A program made the position numbers and the translations under genes. A stretch of DNA of 64,000 nt. Origin: Actinomycetes bacterium (GTDB lineage Bacteria; Actinomycetota; JAICYB01). Positions 9,413-18,765 of this stretch are shown in pieces; the stretch's first letter is position 1; each line of letters starts with the position of its first letter. The stretch spans positions 131,293 through 195,292 of the forward strand of contig JAICYB010000001.1 of assembly GCA_025934435.1 (NCBI GenBank), given 5' to 3'. The notes under the pieces were generated by a model. It made no database searches. It was not told the origin of the DNA and saw only the letters and a list, made by a program, of their open reading frames with translations.

Positions 9413-9618
9413 GGGTTGCCTGTTCCCGTTCGTTGATCCAGCCCGTTCTGCTGCTGGTTGAGCTGGTTCACCATGTCCTGTGCGCGGCCCGCGGGAGCGA
9501 GCAGTCCCGATGACGGGTGAGGCGCGATCGTCTTCGTCGGCTGTGACGAGGACGAACCACCGCCGCCGCACGCCGCGCACGACAGGACGATCGCGACACC
9601 GACCAGCACGCGCTTCAT
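9409..9618 (-). CDS. Small lipoprotein, hypothetical
   Basis: MKRVLVGVAIVLSCAACGGGG signal/lipobox; 69 aa. Confidence 0.4.
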   Translation of the reverse strand: MKRVLVGVAIVLSCAACGGGGSSSSQPTKTIAPHPSSGLLAPAGRAQDMVNQLNQQQNGLDQRTGTGNP

Positions 9619-9648
9619 GCTGTACGTATCGGTTCGTCTGCTGCCGGT

Positions 9649-11151
9649 CTAAAGCCCGTACAGCGGACGGAGCTTGCCTTCGAGGTGGCGGAGCAAGGCA
9701 TCCGCCGAGAGCGGCTTTCCCGTCAGCCGCTCGCAGAGCTCGGACGGGATGTAGCGCCCGCCGTGGCGGTGCAGGTTCTCGTTCAGCCAGCCCTTGAGCG
9801 GCCCGAAGTCGCCCCGTTCGAACTGCGCGTCCACGTCGCCGATGTCCTCGCGGATCTTCTCGAAGATCTGGGCGGCGTAGATGTTGCCGAGCGTGTACGT
9901 CGGGAAGTAGCCGAACGACCCGCCGGACCAGTGGACGTCCTGCAGGCATCCGAGTGCATCGTCCGGCACGTCGACGCCGAGGTATTCCTTGTAGCGGCGG
10001 TTCCACTCATGCGGGACGTCCGCGGCACCGAGGTCGCCGTTCATCAACGCGCGCTCGAGCTCGAACCGCACCATGATGTGCAGGTTGTACGTCGCTTCGT
10101 CCGCTTCGACACGGATGAAGGACGGATCGACGAGGTTCATGCCGGCATAGATGTCGTCCGCGCTCGCGGTGATACCGAGATCGTTCGCGACGAGCGGCTG
10201 ACACCATGTCCAGAACGCACGCGAGCGTCCGACGAAGTTCTCCCACATCCGGCTCTGCGACTCGTGGATGCCGAGGGACACGGCGCGTCCGAGCGGCGTG
10301 CCGTTGTACGCCGGCAGGAGTCCTTGCTCGTAGATGCCGTGACCCGTTTCGTGCATCGTCGCGGCGAGCGAGTCGAAGAATTTGTTGTCCGAGAACCGCG
10401 TCGTGATGCGGACGTCACCGGGGTGAAACCCGGAGCAGAACGGATGGACGGTGGTGTCGATCCGTCCGCGCGAGAAGTCGAAGCCGATCGCTTCCGAGAT
10501 CTTCGTGACGAACGACATCTGCGCGTCGGTCGGGAGCGTGATGTCGTGGATCGACGTGCTCGGCTTGCGCGCCGAGCTGAGATCGGAGACGAGAGCTTGC
10601 AGGCGGTCGCGCAGCGGGACGAAAACCGAGTCGACCTGCCGCGCGCGCATGCCGCGTTCGTAGCCTTCGGCCAGCGCGTCCCACGGTTCTTCGTCGCTCT
10701 CCCAGCCGTAGAAGCCGGCGGTCGTACGCGCGAGGCCGATGTTCTTCTCGAGCCACGGTTCGAAGAGTGAGAAGTCCTTCTTCGCGCGAGCCTCTTCCCA
10801 GTGGTGCTCGGCGATCGCGTGCGTTCGCGCGTTCTCCTCGACGTGGTCGGACGGCAGTTTCGTCGCGCGGTCGTAGGCGCGTCGCAGCTCGCGGATGTTC
10901 GCGGCAGAGTCGGAGTGCGGATCGGCGGTCAGGTCCTTGTCGGCCTCGCACTGCGCGAGGAGCTCGCCGATGCGTGGGTCCGTCGCGCGTTCGTGCGTGA
11001 GTTTGGCGAGCAGGGCGAGCTGATTGCTCCGCTGTTCGACGCCGCCCGGCGGCATCTTCGTGCGCTGGTCCCATCCGAGCACGGACATGGCCGAGCGAAG
11101 GGTGGAGGTTTCTTTCGTCGTCGCGATGAGTTCTTCGTAGGCGCTTGTCAT
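9649..11151 (-). CDS. M32 family carboxypeptidase (carboxypeptidase Taq-like)
   Basis: 500 aa; HETGHGIYEQG zinc motif and HESQSRMWEN motif typical of M32. Confidence 0.85.
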   Translation of the reverse strand: MTSAYEELIATTKETSTLRSAMSVLGWDQRTKMPPGGVEQRSNQLALLAKLTHERATDPRIGELLAQCEADKDLTADPHSDSAANIRELRRAYDRATKLPSDHVEENARTHAIAEHHWEEARAKKDFSLFEPWLEKNIGLARTTAGFYGWESDEEPWDALAEGYERGMRARQVDSVFVPLRDRLQALVSDLSSARKPSTSIHDITLPTDAQMSFVTKISEAIGFDFSRGRIDTTVHPFCSGFHPGDVRITTRFSDNKFFDSLAATMHETGHGIYEQGLLPAYNGTPLGRAVSLGIHESQSRMWENFVGRSRAFWTWCQPLVANDLGITASADDIYAGMNLVDPSFIRVEADEATYNLHIMVRFELERALMNGDLGAADVPHEWNRRYKEYLGVDVPDDALGCLQDVHWSGGSFGYFPTYTLGNIYAAQIFEKIREDIGDVDAQFERGDFGPLKGWLNENLHRHGGRYIPSELCERLTGKPLSADALLRHLEGKLRPLYGL

Positions 11152-11624
11152 GGTTCGGTGATGCTACTTGCTTGTATCAGCCCCTCGGTGAGCCACCCGA
11201 GCCAGTGCAGCACGGTGAGCGCCTGCGCGTCGGGATCTCGCGGGCTCACGTGTTCTGCCATGCGTGTTTCGTCCACTTCGAGTCGTGTACCGATCACGAG
11301 ACGCATGTCGGTAACGCACTGGATCCACGCGTCGAAGTCATCGCCCGTGATCGTGACGGTTGTGCCGCGCTTGTTGAGCGCGTTGCGGAGCTTTTCGAGC
11401 GCTTCGAGCTTGTGTGTGGTGAGACTGTCTCCGATGAGGTCTTTGTACGCCGCCTCGTCCTTCTCGTCTCCGTACGCGGCGGGGTAGAGCCGGTCGTGGA
11501 CGGGACCCTCCTGTTCGCGCCGGAGGACGTCGGCGTACTCCTTCGTCAGTTGCAGGAGGAGGCGTGACTCTTGTGCGTCGAGTTCGAGTTCTACGCCGTG
11601 CTCGTGGCGTGCGAACTCAGGCAT
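11148..11624 (-). CDS. DUF2017 domain protein (ClpS-associated)
   Basis: 158 aa acidic protein immediately downstream of clpS with a 4/8-nt overlap, the conserved actinobacterial arrangement. Confidence 0.7.
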   Translation of the reverse strand: MPEFARHEHGVELELDAQESRLLLQLTKEYADVLRREQEGPVHDRLYPAAYGDEKDEAAYKDLIGDSLTTHKLEALEKLRNALNKRGTTVTITGDDFDAWIQCVTDMRLVIGTRLEVDETRMAEHVSPRDPDAQALTVLHWLGWLTEGLIQASSITEP

Positions 11625-11919
11625 CTTTGGTCAGCGTCGCCCACAGCCCGTAGGAGTGGAGCGTGAAGCACTCGGCTTCCGATTTCTCCCGGGGGCCGGA
11701 CGACACGATCGCCTTGCCTTCGTTGTGCACCTGGAGCATGAGCTTGTGCGCTTTCTCGCGTGAGTAGTTGAAGACCTTCTGGAAGACGTAGGCGACGTAG
11801 CTCATGAGGTTGATCGGGTCGTTGTGGACGACGACCAGCCAGGGCCGGTCGCGTTCGAGCTGTTCGTCGCCGGTGGGGACGTCGATGCGTTCCGGGGCGA
11901 TGGTGGGGGACGTCACCAT
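11617..11919 (-). CDS. clpS: ATP-dependent Clp protease adaptor ClpS
   Basis: 100 aa; [22 protein letters not shown]...[17 protein letters not shown] ClpS core. Confidence 0.85.
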   Translation of the reverse strand: MVTSPTIAPERIDVPTGDEQLERDRPWLVVVHNDPINLMSYVAYVFQKVFNYSREKAHKLMLQVHNEGKAIVSSGPREKSEAECFTLHSYGLWATLTKDA

Positions 11920-11964
11920 CCCAGCGTATGTCAGTCGTGCGAAGCGGTTCGGTGCCGACCGACG

Positions 11965-12007
11965 CTCACCCCGCGCGACCGGTCTTTCGCCGGTCGCGCG
12001 GGGTGAG
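11965..12007. terminator. Perfect 18-bp stem-loop (ctcaccccgcgcgaccgg-tctttcg-ccggtcgcgcggggtgag)
   Basis: Seen directly; lies between the small ORF 12013-12195 (-) and the clpS start. No U-tract, as is common in high-GC actinobacteria. Confidence 0.4.
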
Positions 12008-12012
12008 TCGGA

Positions 12013-12195
12013 CTATTCGCAGGCGTCGACCGGGATGGTGTTCGTGCCCGCGACGCCGTCGTTGATCAGGCCTCGTCCACACACCTCACCGGTGTGCCTA
12101 TTCACGATCTCGACGACACTTGCCGACGCTACGGACGCGACGCCGACGACACCGACCACCGAAACGATCAGAGCTGCGATCCACCGACGCACCAT
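12013..12195 (-). CDS. Small secreted peptide, hypothetical (signal peptide plus 33-aa mature part with 2 Cys)
   Basis: MVRRWIAALIVSVVGVVGVASVASA|SVVEIVNRHTGEVCGRGLINDGVAGTNTIPVDACE. Confidence 0.3.
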   Translation of the reverse strand: MVRRWIAALIVSVVGVVGVASVASASVVEIVNRHTGEVCGRGLINDGVAGTNTIPVDACE

Positions 12196-12314
12196 TGCTG
12201 CCTCCTTCCGTACTTCGCGGACTCACCAACAAGCAGCGGTACGTACGGGGACGCGCGGTGTTCCTTACATCTGCTCACTGATCGGCTGTCACTGGCTCCA
12301 GCTACCATACGAAC

Positions 12315-13310
12315 ATGTGTTCTGTTCTGTCTCGAGCCGACGAGGCCCACGCGAAGGAGTGCTCGGCCCACGGCGAAACGGTGAAGCTCGTTGCCGCGCT
12401 GTACTCCACCGACGAATGGAAGGGAAGCGGCGCGCGAGACTTCGCGTCGTTCATCTCCGCGCGTTGGCAGAAGTCTCGTCCGGAAGCGTCAGCCCTCGTG
12501 CGCGAAGCGCTGGCGCTGCAGGAGCGGCCCGACGTGCTCGATGCGCTTTGTTCGGGCGAGATCTCCATCGATCAAGGCAAGGCCCTCGCGCGCTTGAACA
12601 ACTCCGACGTGTGGCTCGAGAACTTGGCGCACGTGTCGATCACCGAACTCGAGCGGGAAGCGCGCAAGCAGGTGGCGCGTGAGCTCGAGCGACGCGACGA
12701 CGGCGTCTACCTGCGAACGTTCCACACCAAGGACGAGCGCTACCTGCGGGGCGAGTTCCAGCTGCATCCCGAGGAGGGCGCCGCCGTCATCGACGCTCTC
12801 GACGCGCTGGTGCCGAGCGGTGTGCGGCTCCGCGACTACGACCACGCCGCCGCGAAAGCACTGGTGGCCTTGGCTCGGGGCGAGCGGCCGCAGCCGCCGG
12901 TCGTGGTAGTCGGACTGGAAGACGACATCGCTAGCGTCAGTGGCGGCGGCTTCGTTTCCGTGCAGACCGCGGAGCGTCTCGCGTGTGACGCACGCATCCA
13001 GGTCGGCGAGCGCACGTCACGCACCATCCCGCCGAACCTCAGACGCGCCGTCGAGGTGCGTGATCACGCGAAGTGCGTGTTCCCCGGATGCGAGTCGAAC
13101 CGCTATCTCGAATGCCACCACGTCGTTCCCGTCGCCGAGAACGGACCGACGGTGCTGTCGAATCTCGTGACCCTCTGCTGGAACCACCACAACCTGGTGC
13201 ACGAGCACCACTGGTCGCTTCACGGTGAAGCGGGACCGAACATCACGTGGATCCGTCCGGACGGAACGATCTTCGAACCGCGCGTCAGGGTGACGCTCGA
13301 TACGTCCTAG
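12315..13310 (+). CDS. DUF222 / HNH endonuclease domain protein (REP13E12-like selfish element family)
   Basis: C-terminal HNH: CVFPGCESNRYLECHHVVPVAENGPTVLSNLVTLCWNHHNLVHE. Confidence 0.8.
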   Translation: MCSVLSRADEAHAKECSAHGETVKLVAALYSTDEWKGSGARDFASFISARWQKSRPEASALVREALALQERPDVLDALCSGEISIDQGKALARLNNSDVWLENLAHVSITELEREARKQVARELERRDDGVYLRTFHTKDERYLRGEFQLHPEEGAAVIDALDALVPSGVRLRDYDHAAAKALVALARGERPQPPVVVVGLEDDIASVSGGGFVSVQTAERLACDARIQVGERTSRTIPPNLRRAVEVRDHAKCVFPGCESNRYLECHHVVPVAENGPTVLSNLVTLCWNHHNLVHEHHWSLHGEAGPNITWIRPDGTIFEPRVRVTLDTS

Positions 13311-14173
13311 CTGAACTTCCGTTCCTCCCACCACGGGAAGAACTCGGGTAGGTCCTTCGGCACGGTCATCGGGTAGCGCGCGTCGCGCTTCTCGAGGAAG
13401 GACGTCACACCTTCGGCCGCGTCCGCGCTTTGTCCCATGAAGAAGATCGACTTGGAATCGACCTTGTGCGATTCCATCGGGTGGTCGTAGCCGAGGCCCT
13501 TCCACATGAGGTGACGCGACAGCGCGACCGAGACGGCGGACGTGTTGTCCGCGATCTCGCGTGCGATCGCGTTCGCTTTCGGGAGGAGTTCGTCCGGCTC
13601 GCAGATGTGCTGGATCAGCCCGTTGGCGTGAGCTTCCGTCGCGGGGAACACGCGCCCGGAGTACACCCACTCCGTCGCGCGGCCGATGCCGACGATGCGT
13701 GGCAGGAACCAGCTGGAGCAGGCTTCGGGGACGATGCCCCGCCGCGCGAAGACGAATCCGATCTTGGCATCCGGTACGGCAAGGCGGATGTCCATCGGGA
13801 GCGTCATCGTGATGCCGACGCCCACGGCGGGTCCGTTGATCGCCGCGATCACCGGCTTGCTCATGTCGTAGATGCGAAGCGTCACGACGCCGCCGCCGTC
13901 GCGGTGCGCTTCGATGTCCTGCGCGCCTCCGCGCACGCGATTGTCGAACGTGCCGGCCCCGCCGCCGAGGTCGGCTCCCGCGCAGAAGCCGCGTCCGGCC
14001 CCCGTGACAATGACGACGCGAACGTCGTCGTCGGCGTCCGCCTTCCCGAACGCGTCGATCAGCTCGCGCGCCATCTGCGTGGTAAACGCGTTCAGGCGGT
14101 CGGGACGATTCAGCGTGATCGTCGCGACCTTGTCCGAAACGTCGTAGATGATCTCTTCGTAGCTCATGTCCAC
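13307..14173 (-). CDS. Enoyl-CoA hydratase/isomerase (crotonase) family protein
   Basis: ITLNRPDRLNAF...VVIVTGAGRGFCAGADLGGG oxyanion-hole motifs. Confidence 0.85.
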   Translation of the reverse strand: MDMSYEEIIYDVSDKVATITLNRPDRLNAFTTQMARELIDAFGKADADDDVRVVIVTGAGRGFCAGADLGGGAGTFDNRVRGGAQDIEAHRDGGGVVTLRIYDMSKPVIAAINGPAVGVGITMTLPMDIRLAVPDAKIGFVFARRGIVPEACSSWFLPRIVGIGRATEWVYSGRVFPATEAHANGLIQHICEPDELLPKANAIAREIADNTSAVSVALSRHLMWKGLGYDHPMESHKVDSKSIFFMGQSADAAEGVTSFLEKRDARYPMTVPKDLPEFFPWWEERKFS

Positions 14174-14799
14174 TTACCTCCCCAGCCTTCGTCCGGTTGC
14201 TCCTGCGCGTACGGCCACGGTTCGCCGAAGCGTTCCAGGTACGTCACTTTCTTCACGGGCTTTCTCGCGAGCGGTCCCGGACGATCCACCGGGTAACCGA
14301 TCGGCACACACGCGTAGATCTCGTTCGACTCCGGGATCTCGAGCAGTTCGTAGACCTCGTTCCCGCCGACCAGAGGCAGATTGAAGATCGAACCGCCGAG
14401 GCCGAGAGCCCGCGCCGCGAGCAGCATGTTCTGGATCGCGGGGAAGTGGGAGCCACCCGGCGACGAATGCTTCCCGCGCAGACCGCACACGATCACGATC
14501 AGGGGCACCGAACCAAGCGAGAACGCGAGATCGCGCACACCGGCGATCGACAGGCGTTGCGTCCGCGGCAGCGCGTCGATCGAGCCGGCGTCCTGATACG
14601 CGGGGAACGCGAGGCGCCACGCGCGTTCCGACCACTCCTGCATCTTCTGCTTCGACGACGCATCGGTGACGACGACGAAGCGCCAATCCTGTGAGTTGTG
14701 CCCCGTCGGTGCGCGGATGCCGGCGTCGATCAGCTGGAAGATGACGTCTTCGGGGACGGGATCAGGCTTGAAACGGCGCAGTGCGCGTGAGGTGTACAT
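14164..14799 (-). CDS. Nitroreductase family protein
   Basis: Start moved to internal ATG (MYTSRALRRFKPDPVPEDVIFQLIDAGIRAPTGHNSQDWRFVVV); the upstream part of the track ORF is Arg-rich junk. Confidence 0.8.
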   Translation of the reverse strand: MYTSRALRRFKPDPVPEDVIFQLIDAGIRAPTGHNSQDWRFVVVTDASSKQKMQEWSERAWRLAFPAYQDAGSIDALPRTQRLSIAGVRDLAFSLGSVPLIVIVCGLRGKHSSPGGSHFPAIQNMLLAARALGLGGSIFNLPLVGGNEVYELLEIPESNEIYACVPIGYPVDRPGPLARKPVKKVTYLERFGEPWPYAQEQPDEGWGGKWT

Positions 14800-14828
14800 C
14801 GCTTCGAAGACGTCCACGGAGCCGGAGC

Positions 14829-15920
14829 CTAATTGGTCGTGATCGTCCCGTGCTTGACGACTTCGAACGCGCTCCCGGGGACGTTCTTCATCTGGTTCAG
14901 ATCGTTGTCGTCCCAGCCGGTGTCCGTTGCGCCGGAGATGTACCAACTCGAACCGTTGTCCGCGAGGATCATGCCGTACTTCTTCAGTGCGCGAAGGATG
15001 ATGAGCGACGCGCCGTGATACGGCGTCAGGTCGAACGATGCTTTCAAGCGCAACCGGAGCCCCATCGGCGGCAGGTTCGGATCGGTGGACGACGAGGCGA
15101 AGTGACGCGCCGGAGCGACGTAGCCGCGTTGCGTGCGGGGCGCCGTGAAGCGCAGTGCGTGGTTGATGACACCTTGCTGGATCTCGCTTCGTCGCACGAG
15201 GCCGGGGAGGATCGGGAGCCCGGCGGCGTCGGCCGACGTCCATCCCGCCGGACGAAGCGCATCCGAGTTCAGGTTGAACACGGCGCCGGCGTCCGCGTTC
15301 CAGTGACCCTGCTGCGGCGACGCGTTGTACATCTCGTACAGGTGACACGTCCCTTGTTGCACGGCCAGGACGTGGTGATCGCTTCCCGACTCGATCGGTG
15401 CGTTCAGCGGAACGGGGTACGGACCGGGATCGCTCTCGCTTCCGTAGGCCGTGAAGTTGACGGGCTCGCCGGGCTGCGACTGCGGGACGACGATGAACGG
15501 GATCCCGTACGTCGGATCGGAACCGAAGTCCGGATGGACGTTGCTCGAGCCGATGCTCGCGACGTAGTTCGCGGAGTTCGGGTCGACGGGGTCATGGGAG
15601 ACATCGCGGCGCCACGCGTTGTCCGCGGGGAAGAGCTGGCACCCGCCGACGGACGCGCCTACCGGAGGCGCAGACGTGGTCGGCGCGGCCGTTGAACGCC
15701 GCACCTGCGTCGACGTCGAAACCGAAGCTCCTCCGTGAGGCGTCGCGCGCGGTGTCGTCGTGACGCTCACGCTCGCATGCGACGGCGAAGCGGACGGCGT
15801 AGATGCCGCCGATGTGAACGGCGTGATCGGCGGTGCGGCGGTGACCTTCAGGTGCACCGTCGGATGCGAGCACGACGCGCCGACCACGAGAAGAAGGACG
15901 GCGAACGCGCGATGCCGCAT
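14829..15920 (-). CDS. Secreted lipoprotein, hypothetical (Ser/Thr/Pro-rich linker plus ~250-aa C-terminal domain)
   Basis: Start at MRHRAFAVLLLVVGASCS (ATG at 15920). Confidence 0.55.
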   Translation of the reverse strand: MRHRAFAVLLLVVGASCSHPTVHLKVTAAPPITPFTSAASTPSASPSHASVSVTTTPRATPHGGASVSTSTQVRRSTAAPTTSAPPVGASVGGCQLFPADNAWRRDVSHDPVDPNSANYVASIGSSNVHPDFGSDPTYGIPFIVVPQSQPGEPVNFTAYGSESDPGPYPVPLNAPIESGSDHHVLAVQQGTCHLYEMYNASPQQGHWNADAGAVFNLNSDALRPAGWTSADAAGLPILPGLVRRSEIQQGVINHALRFTAPRTQRGYVAPARHFASSSTDPNLPPMGLRLRLKASFDLTPYHGASLIILRALKKYGMILADNGSSWYISGATDTGWDDNDLNQMKNVPGSAFEVVKHGTITTN

Positions 15921-15952
15921 CAAGAGGAGCTTCGGCGGCTTCCGCCGCGACG

Positions 15953-16585
15953 TTACTTCTTCGCGGGCTGGAAGTACGGGTTCTGTCCCGACGCGTGATC
16001 GGTCGCGTCCGCGACGCGCTCGACTTCGGGCACCGCTTCTTTGAGCGTGACTTCGATCCCTTGCGTCAGCGTGACCGACGCCATGCCGCAACCCTGGCAT
16101 CCGCCCGAAAGCTGCACGAACGCCGTTCCGTCCTCGAAGCCGACGAAGTGCGCTCGGCCCCCGTGCGACGCGATGGCCGGATTGACGACAAATTCGAGCA
16201 CTTGGGCGATGCGCTCTTCGACCGTGCCTTCGAACGCCGACGGATCGATGTGCGACCCGACGGCCGGCGACGCGCTCGGACGGTTCGGGTTGTCGACGAC
16301 CCAGCCCGGGTTCAGAAGGTTCTTCGAGAGGTCGAGGGTCGCACCGCGGAGCTTGTCGACCGAGTCGGCCGGGATGACGATCCGGAGGCCGCCTTCGTCC
16401 TGGACGACATCGCCGTCGCGGATCGCGCCGTCGTCGTCGAAGTACAGGTCGTAGCCGTACTCGAACCCGTTGCCTTCGGTGACTTCGAGGAACAGAACGA
16501 GCTTCTCGCCGTCGGGTTCCTCGTCACGGACACCGATGGCCCGGTTCCGCGCGCGGTCGGTTACCTGGACGATCGTTTCGGCCAT
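15953..16585 (-). CDS. NfuA-like Fe-S cluster carrier (C-terminal NifU/Nfu domain)
   Basis: C-terminal FVQLSGGCQGCGMASVTLTQGIE CxxC Nfu motif. Confidence 0.75.
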   Translation of the reverse strand: MAETIVQVTDRARNRAIGVRDEEPDGEKLVLFLEVTEGNGFEYGYDLYFDDDGAIRDGDVVQDEGGLRIVIPADSVDKLRGATLDLSKNLLNPGWVVDNPNRPSASPAVGSHIDPSAFEGTVEERIAQVLEFVVNPAIASHGGRAHFVGFEDGTAFVQLSGGCQGCGMASVTLTQGIEVTLKEAVPEVERVADATDHASGQNPYFQPAKK

Positions 16586-16610
16586 GTCGGTTCCTCCACT
16601 ATATAGAGGT

Positions 16611-17813
16611 ATGCCTCGTCTGCTTCTGGTCCTACCCAGCTCGACCTATCGTGCCCCGGATTTCCTCGCCGCGGCGCGAGCGGTCGGCGCTGAGGTGGTC
16701 ATCGCCTCCGAAGAACAGCAGACGCTGCTGACGCCGGAGCGGTTCGTCCGCATCGATCTCTGCGATCCCCAAGCCTCGGCCGAGCAGATCGCGGAGAACG
16801 GGATCGACGTCGACGCCGTCATCGGGGTGGACGAGCAAGGCGTCCTCTTCGCCGCCCATCTCGCCGCGCTGCTCGACCTCCCGCACAACCCGCCGCGCGC
16901 GGTCGCGACGACACGCGACAAAGCGCTCACGCGGATCGTCCTCACCGACGCCGGGCTCGACCAGCCCGCGCACCGGCTCGTGCACGACGGCGAGGTGCGG
17001 CGCGCGGCATCGTCCGTCGGGTATCCGTGTGTCGTGAAGGCGGTCGATCTGGCCGCGAGTCGCGGTGTGATCCGCGCGAACGACCCGGCCGAGGTCGATG
17101 CGGCCGCCGAGCGCGTCCGGGCGATCGTCGGCGAGGACGCACCACTGCTCATCGAGAGCTACGTCCCCGGCGCGGAGGTCGCGGTCGAAGGACTCCTCAC
17201 GGAGGGCAAGCTCGAGATCCTCGCGATCTTCGACAAGCCCGATCCGCTCGAAGGGCCGTTCTTCGAAGAGACGATCTACGTCACACCGTCGCGTCTCGAG
17301 CCCAAGGTGCAGACACGGATCACCTCGGCCGTGGGACGGGCCTGTGACGTGATCGGCCTCCGCGAGGGGCCCGTCCACGCCGAAGCACGCATCACGGACG
17401 AGACCGTCGTCGTGCTCGAGGTCGCGGCTCGGTCGATCGGCGGGCTGTGCTCCCGGACGCTTCGCTTCGGCGCCGGCATCTCGCTCGAGGAGGTCATCAT
17501 CCGGCACGCGCTGCACATCGATCCCGGATCGCTCCGGCGCGAGGGTGGGGCGTCCGGCGTGATGATGATCCCGGTTCCGTCGACGGGAAGGCTCGAGGCC
17601 GTCGACGGGCTGGACGAAGCACGCAGCACGGACGGCGTGATGGGTGTCGAGATCACCGTCCCGATCGGCCGGCAGATCGCCGCGTGGCCTGAAGGTGACC
17701 GTTACCTCGGTTTCATCTTCGCCAAGGCGGACGATCCCGCACGCGCGGAAGCGATCTTGCGCGAAGCGGCCTCTCAGCTGCGGGTTCGCATCGAACCAGT
17801 CGCAGCGAACTAG
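16611..17813 (+). CDS. ATP-grasp domain enzyme, unknown substrate
   Basis: Start at MPRLLLVLPSS (16611). YPCVVKAVDLAASRGVIRAN...LLIESYVPGAEVAVEGLL ATP-grasp core. Confidence 0.7.
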   Translation: MPRLLLVLPSSTYRAPDFLAAARAVGAEVVIASEEQQTLLTPERFVRIDLCDPQASAEQIAENGIDVDAVIGVDEQGVLFAAHLAALLDLPHNPPRAVATTRDKALTRIVLTDAGLDQPAHRLVHDGEVRRAASSVGYPCVVKAVDLAASRGVIRANDPAEVDAAAERVRAIVGEDAPLLIESYVPGAEVAVEGLLTEGKLEILAIFDKPDPLEGPFFEETIYVTPSRLEPKVQTRITSAVGRACDVIGLREGPVHAEARITDETVVVLEVAARSIGGLCSRTLRFGAGISLEEVIIRHALHIDPGSLRREGGASGVMMIPVPSTGRLEAVDGLDEARSTDGVMGVEITVPIGRQIAAWPEGDRYLGFIFAKADDPARAEAILREAASQLRVRIEPVAAN

Positions 17814-17971
17814 TCACCGCGCAGCGGACTAGTCCGAAGTCTCGGCAGGACACACCCACCCGGATCGTCGTCAGGACGAACCGTATGCCCGATTCTCTCG
17901 TTGTCAGGTAGCGAGATCGGGAACTAGTCCCGACGAATTGGCCCCCCGGCCCGGGCCAAAGGGAGAAAGAG

Positions 17972-18709
17972 ATGAACACCACCCTTTGGTCAAGCACTGC
18001 CTCCAACTCGAAACCACTGCCCGCGCGACGTTCCACCGACGATCACGGCGCGAGGATCATCCGGATCCTCGTCGCCGCGATCGCCGCCATCCTGTGCATG
18101 GCGATCGCCCAGAGCGGGCACGCCGCGACGTCGCTCGAGTCGCAGTCGCTCGGCCTCGTGAATCAGGCCCGCGCGGCGAACGGACTTTCGGCGCTCCACA
18201 CGAACGCCGCGCTCGACCAGATCGCGACGCAGCACGCGGCCGAGATGGTCCAGCGCAACGAGATCTTCCACTACATGGACATCGGCAACCGCGCCGACGC
18301 CGCAGGCGTGCACTGGACGGACATCGGCGAGAACGTCGGCGTCGGACCGAGCGTGCAGGACGTCCAGAACGCGTTCATGCAGAGCCCGGGACACCGGCAG
18401 AACATCCTCTACGCGCCCTACAACCTGATCGGCGTCGGCGTCGCGGTCGCGAAGGACGGCAGCGTCTTCGTCGCCCACGAGTTCGCAACGGTTCCCGCGA
18501 CGTCCGCTCCGGCGCCCGCCGCCGAAAGCACGCCGGTCACCCAAAGCAACCCGGTCGTTCACCCGGCTTCCGCCCCGGTCACCGCTCCGGTCGTCGCTCC
18601 GAAGTCGGCCGCAACGACGGTCGTCCTCGCGAAGACGGCGACGCCCCCCGCGCTCAACAACACGACGTCGGTCGACCCGAACGCGCTCCTCGGCAACGTC
18701 GTCAACTAA
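17972..18709 (+). CDS. CAP/SCP/PR1-like domain secreted protein
   Basis: Signal peptide, then GLVNQARAANGLSALHTNAALDQIATQHAAEMVQRNEIFHYMD...GHRQNIL CAP-domain signature; Pro/Ala-rich tail. Confidence 0.75.
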   Translation: MNTTLWSSTASNSKPLPARRSTDDHGARIIRILVAAIAAILCMAIAQSGHAATSLESQSLGLVNQARAANGLSALHTNAALDQIATQHAAEMVQRNEIFHYMDIGNRADAAGVHWTDIGENVGVGPSVQDVQNAFMQSPGHRQNILYAPYNLIGVGVAVAKDGSVFVAHEFATVPATSAPAPAAESTPVTQSNPVVHPASAPVTAPVVAPKSAATTVVLAKTATPPALNNTTSVDPNALLGNVVN

Positions 18710-18733
18710 GACAACCTCCCCGCACACCCGCAC

Positions 18734-18765
18734 CGGAGCGGACCCCTTTGCTAGGGTCCGCTCCG
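18734..18765 (+). terminator. 12-bp stem-loop (cggagcggaccc-ctttgcta-gggtccgctccg) between the CAP gene and the hydrolase start
   Basis: Seen directly; ends immediately before ATG 18766. Confidence 0.35.

Noticed and set aside
17938-18765. N-terminal 276 aa of the 599-aa track ORF preceding the epoxide-hydrolase-like domain
   Set aside because: Arg/Pro-rich junk that overlaps the CAP-domain gene in another frame; the real start is ATG 18766.
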